DNA from: Vicugna vicugna
Taxonomy: Eukaryota
DNA: 64,000 nucleotides
Direction: 5' to 3'
Assembly: GCA_013265495.1 (NCBI GenBank)
Contig: MU057651.1
Coordinates: forward strand, 1,747,674-1,811,673
How positions within the stretch are numbered: position 1 is the stretch's first letter; every line of letters starts with the position of its first letter. Below the pieces are notes generated by a model, which had not been told where the DNA came from, ran no database searches, and saw only the letters and a list, made by a program, of their open reading frames with translations. Positions 61,116 to 64,000 of the stretch are shown one piece after another. The position numbers were made by a program, and so were the translations under genes.

Positions 61116-62233
61116 CCTCTCTTCGCTCTCATTTACTGTCTTTCTGAAGTTAGCCCTCACAAGGAAAGGTTTGTTGAACCGTCCGCTGTGTATTACGTGG
61201 AAGTAATTTCATTTTAGGGAGAAAACCATGACGAAGGTGAGGATGGAGGCGCCCCGCTGGGGTCAGGTGCCCGACGCCCCGCGGCTCGGTGGTGGGACGG
61301 GCGGCCTCAGGCCGCTCGCACCTGCCGGCCAGGCCCTCGGCGGGGAGACCTCCCGGAGGCCGGCGGGGCTCTGCTCGCCTCTAATGAGAGTCATCAGGAG
61401 AAAGACAATATTTCACCCTCCCTAGCCTTTATGAAGGCTTCCATGAAGTTTTACAGCCGTTACCTGATTGTCGGGTGATTTGTGCCTGGGTTCAGCGACG
61501 CAGGGCGGGGGGAGGCAGCCCCGGGCAGAGCTGCCCTCTCGCCGGTCTGGTCTGCGCGCCCAGCAGTCTCCTCTGAGGCTGCGGTCTGACAGCGGGTCAC
61601 GTGGTTGAGGATGGCGCGGGAGAAAATAAGAATTATATCAAGCGAGAAATGGCTTGTGGGCTATTCGCTGACGTATTGCGATGTTTAATGCAACCTGGCT
61701 GCGGAGGAGGGGCTGGCTTCTTCCAGAGCAGAACCCCTGCCCTTCCGGGACCCACACTCCCCTCCCGAGTGGCCGGAAATCTCCCAGTCGCCCCAGTGGC
61801 AGAGCGTCCAAGGAGCACAGTGTGTGTAAGTCGCCCAACAGCCTCGCTGCCTTTAATGCCGTCTCCTCGAAGGCTCTGCAGAGGTGACCGGGGCTGGGGG
61901 AGGCCACAGGGCCCCGCTGCATGCTGCTCTTGAACACTGGGGGCCTGCCTGGTGGCCAGAGGGCACCAGTTTCCCCTCCAGCACGTGGCTTTGTCCCGGG
62001 CGCAAACAGAGCTGCTCTGGGTGCTCTTGGCTAAGGGTGTTGGGGTCCTCTGGTCTTTCTCGCCTGGTCCAGAGGAACTCAGACGCAACCCACCCCACTC
62101 CCGCCCCCATGCTAGACCCACCCCAGCCTGCTTACCTGCACACCATGTTCTCCCAGGAAGAGGCTGGGGCGGCTGTATGCACACAGGGGACGCGCAGAGC
62201 GCACATTGCATCCATTTAAAAAAGAATTTGTAA

Positions 62234-62368
62234 GGGAAAGGGTGTAGCTCAGGGGTAGAGCGCGTGCCTAGCACGCACGAGGTCCTGGGTTCCATCCCCA
62301 GCACCTCCACTAAATACGTAAATAAACCTGATTATCTCCCTCCGCAAAAAACCCCAAAATAATAAAAA
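62234..62368 (+). mobile_element. tRNA-derived SINE (Vic-1-like) with target-site duplication
   Basis: GGGTGTAGCTCAGGGGTAGAGCGC...GGTCCTGGGTTCCATCCCC, tail aaataaacctgattatctcc; flanked by direct repeat GAATTTGTAA (62224-62233 and 62370-62379). Confidence 0.88.
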
Positions 62369-63709
62369 GGAATTTGTAAAGTTGGCCTTTTCCTATAAGA
62401 AACTCACTACACTCCACACATTGAGGTAATATTTCTTTCCCATGTATTTCCATATGTTTCCGTAATATTGAGATAAAGAACGGAAGGTTGATGGTGAGAT
62501 GGATGGGCTTCTCAGCCGGGGCGTCGGCGGCGCCGGTGCCCGTTTCTGCCGTGATGGGAGGCGTTGATGCACTCGTGATGCAGGGCTGAGGACGTGCGGG
62601 AAGAGCGAGGAGAGGACGAGGAAGGGCGAGCGGGCGTGAGGCAGGGATGGGGGGAGTCTCTGAGGAGGTGGCTCAGGAGAAGGCGAGGTCTGGGAGCGCT
62701 GCTCCTGAGGTTGGGTGGGGACGTGAGCTTGAGGGTTCCCTGTGGAGACGTCGAGGGTTCTGGCCTGGGCTCGGAGACATCTGTCTAAAGGGGGAGCTGG
62801 TTCCACAGCTGCAAAACCCCACGGAAGTGAGACGCCGGGGCGGGTCCTCAGGAGCCCCCCAGCCACGAGGGCAGGTGCAGGAGGCGCCCACGGAGAGCGG
62901 CCGCGGCGGGGATGAGCCTCGGTGTGGCTTCTGCATCCCAGGGCCGATGCTGACGGTGCCAGCAGTTAGACGCCCGCACACCTCGGGGGGCTTCCTGCAG
63001 GGGCCGTCATGACAGCAGGCACGGGGGGCTCACGCCTGGCGGGCCAGCTCGCAGGGCACAAGATGGGGGAAGGGGTGCAGGGATGGGAAAAACCAGGGGC
63101 CACAGAAACAGAAAGAGAAGGAAGGAATGAAAGAGGGGGCGACTGACAGGAGGAAGAAAGGACAGCTCTCCATGCCAGCTTTGCCCGGCCGGCCCTGGGT
63201 CACCCTGCACAGCGGCCACAGAGCCAGGGCGCCGCCCGCGGCTTCCCTTTGCGCCCTCCTCCCTCTCAGCAGGAGGGGTCTCTGTGGCCCTGGATGACCT
63301 CCCTTCGGGCTCAAGAAATTTGGGAACACGGCCCTCCCCGTTTCTGGCAAAGGAAAGCCGCCTTTTCTGAATTTGGCAGAGGGTGAACGTAGCCTGTGAT
63401 CGCAGATCGCCCCTCCGCGGCGGTCCGGCCCCTTCCCGGGGGTCGCTCCTCTTTCCCTTCCCCTGTGCCCGTCACCTGCAGAGCAGCCCCTTCTGTGACG
63501 CGCCCCAGGTCTCCTGTGTCCCCTGGTGACCATTTCTCACGTGTGTTCTTGTCCATCCCGGGCCAAGTTCCCTGTGGAGATCCACTGGCGTGCTGGGTGA
63601 TGACATTAAGAGATGACCCCCGTCTGGTGCATCCCGTTTGCCAGTTCTGAGTGCCTCGTGCGTGTGAGCTTGCTCATTCCTCGTGACAGCCAACGAAGTA
63701 GCCACAGTT

Positions 63710-63820
63710 GTTACCCCTCTTTTACAGGTCGTGACAAGTCACAGAAGGGCTGTGTGCCTCTCCAGGGCCATTGACTAGTGAGTGGGAGGAGTGGGAGTCG
63801 AACCCAAGGGCTCTGGTCCC
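63710..63820 (-). mobile_element. MIR fragment (degenerate)
   Basis: ccctcttttacagg...cacagaagggctgtgtgcctctccagggcca...ctagtgagtgg...gggagtcgaaccca. Confidence 0.5.
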
Positions 63821-64000
63821 ACTTGGCTCACATTCTCACATTCTCACGACTGTTCCCGTTCAGCCAATGAGGAACATGAGCTGGTGGTGGGATGCAAATG
63901 CAGCCGGTCTGACTCCTGCACCCTCAGGTCGCATCATGGCGCCTCCTGCCTCCCTCCTCTGCAGCGCGTCCCAGGGCTGGACCACGTGCCTGGATGCAGG

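Noticed and set aside
62234..62310. tRNA genes at the SINE heads (also 60-132, 19290-19361, 59125-59193)
   Set aside because: A and B boxes are present, but the copies are diverged and have AT-rich tails and TSDs, so they are SINEs.
59591..64000. Next ABCA13 exon (expected to begin FGDGY...)
   Set aside because: No such coding sequence found; it probably lies beyond the window.
1..64000. A novel multi-gene system, nested gene or non-retroviral viral insertion
   Set aside because: Everything I could recognise is explained by ABCA13 exons, ordinary mammalian repeats and intronic DNA. Weak nested ncRNAs cannot be excluded by eye.

Overview
Mammalian genomic DNA, most likely camelid: it carries tRNA-derived SINEs of the Vic-1 type and cetartiodactyl-type L1 3' ends. 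The window holds an internal stretch of the 3' half of the ABC transporter gene ABCA13 on the + strand. I traced 17 consecutive GT-AG coding exons (3426-59590, 2257 nt, 751 full codons) that splice in phase into one open frame. They cover TMD2, the second extracellular domain and most of NBD2 (Walker [10 protein letters not shown]-loop, YSGG signature, Walker B LLLLDEP, H-loop). Both ends of the gene lie outside the window. Introns contain about 18 short L1 3' fragments, 5 SINEs, MIRs, LTR/MaLR remnants, a Tigger-type DNA transposon and several local tandem duplications. I found no new multi-gene system, and none of the non-exonic ORFs in the supplied track looks like a real gene. The points most worth following up are: a GC/CpG-rich and apparently compact ABCA13 locus with AT-to-GC erosion of repeats and odd substitutions in conserved ABCA motifs, a 14-bp minisatellite born inside an L1 tail, and a closely spaced inverted L1 pair. 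Exon boundaries were read by hand. Repeat boundaries are approximate, and comparisons with human ABCA proteins are from memory.
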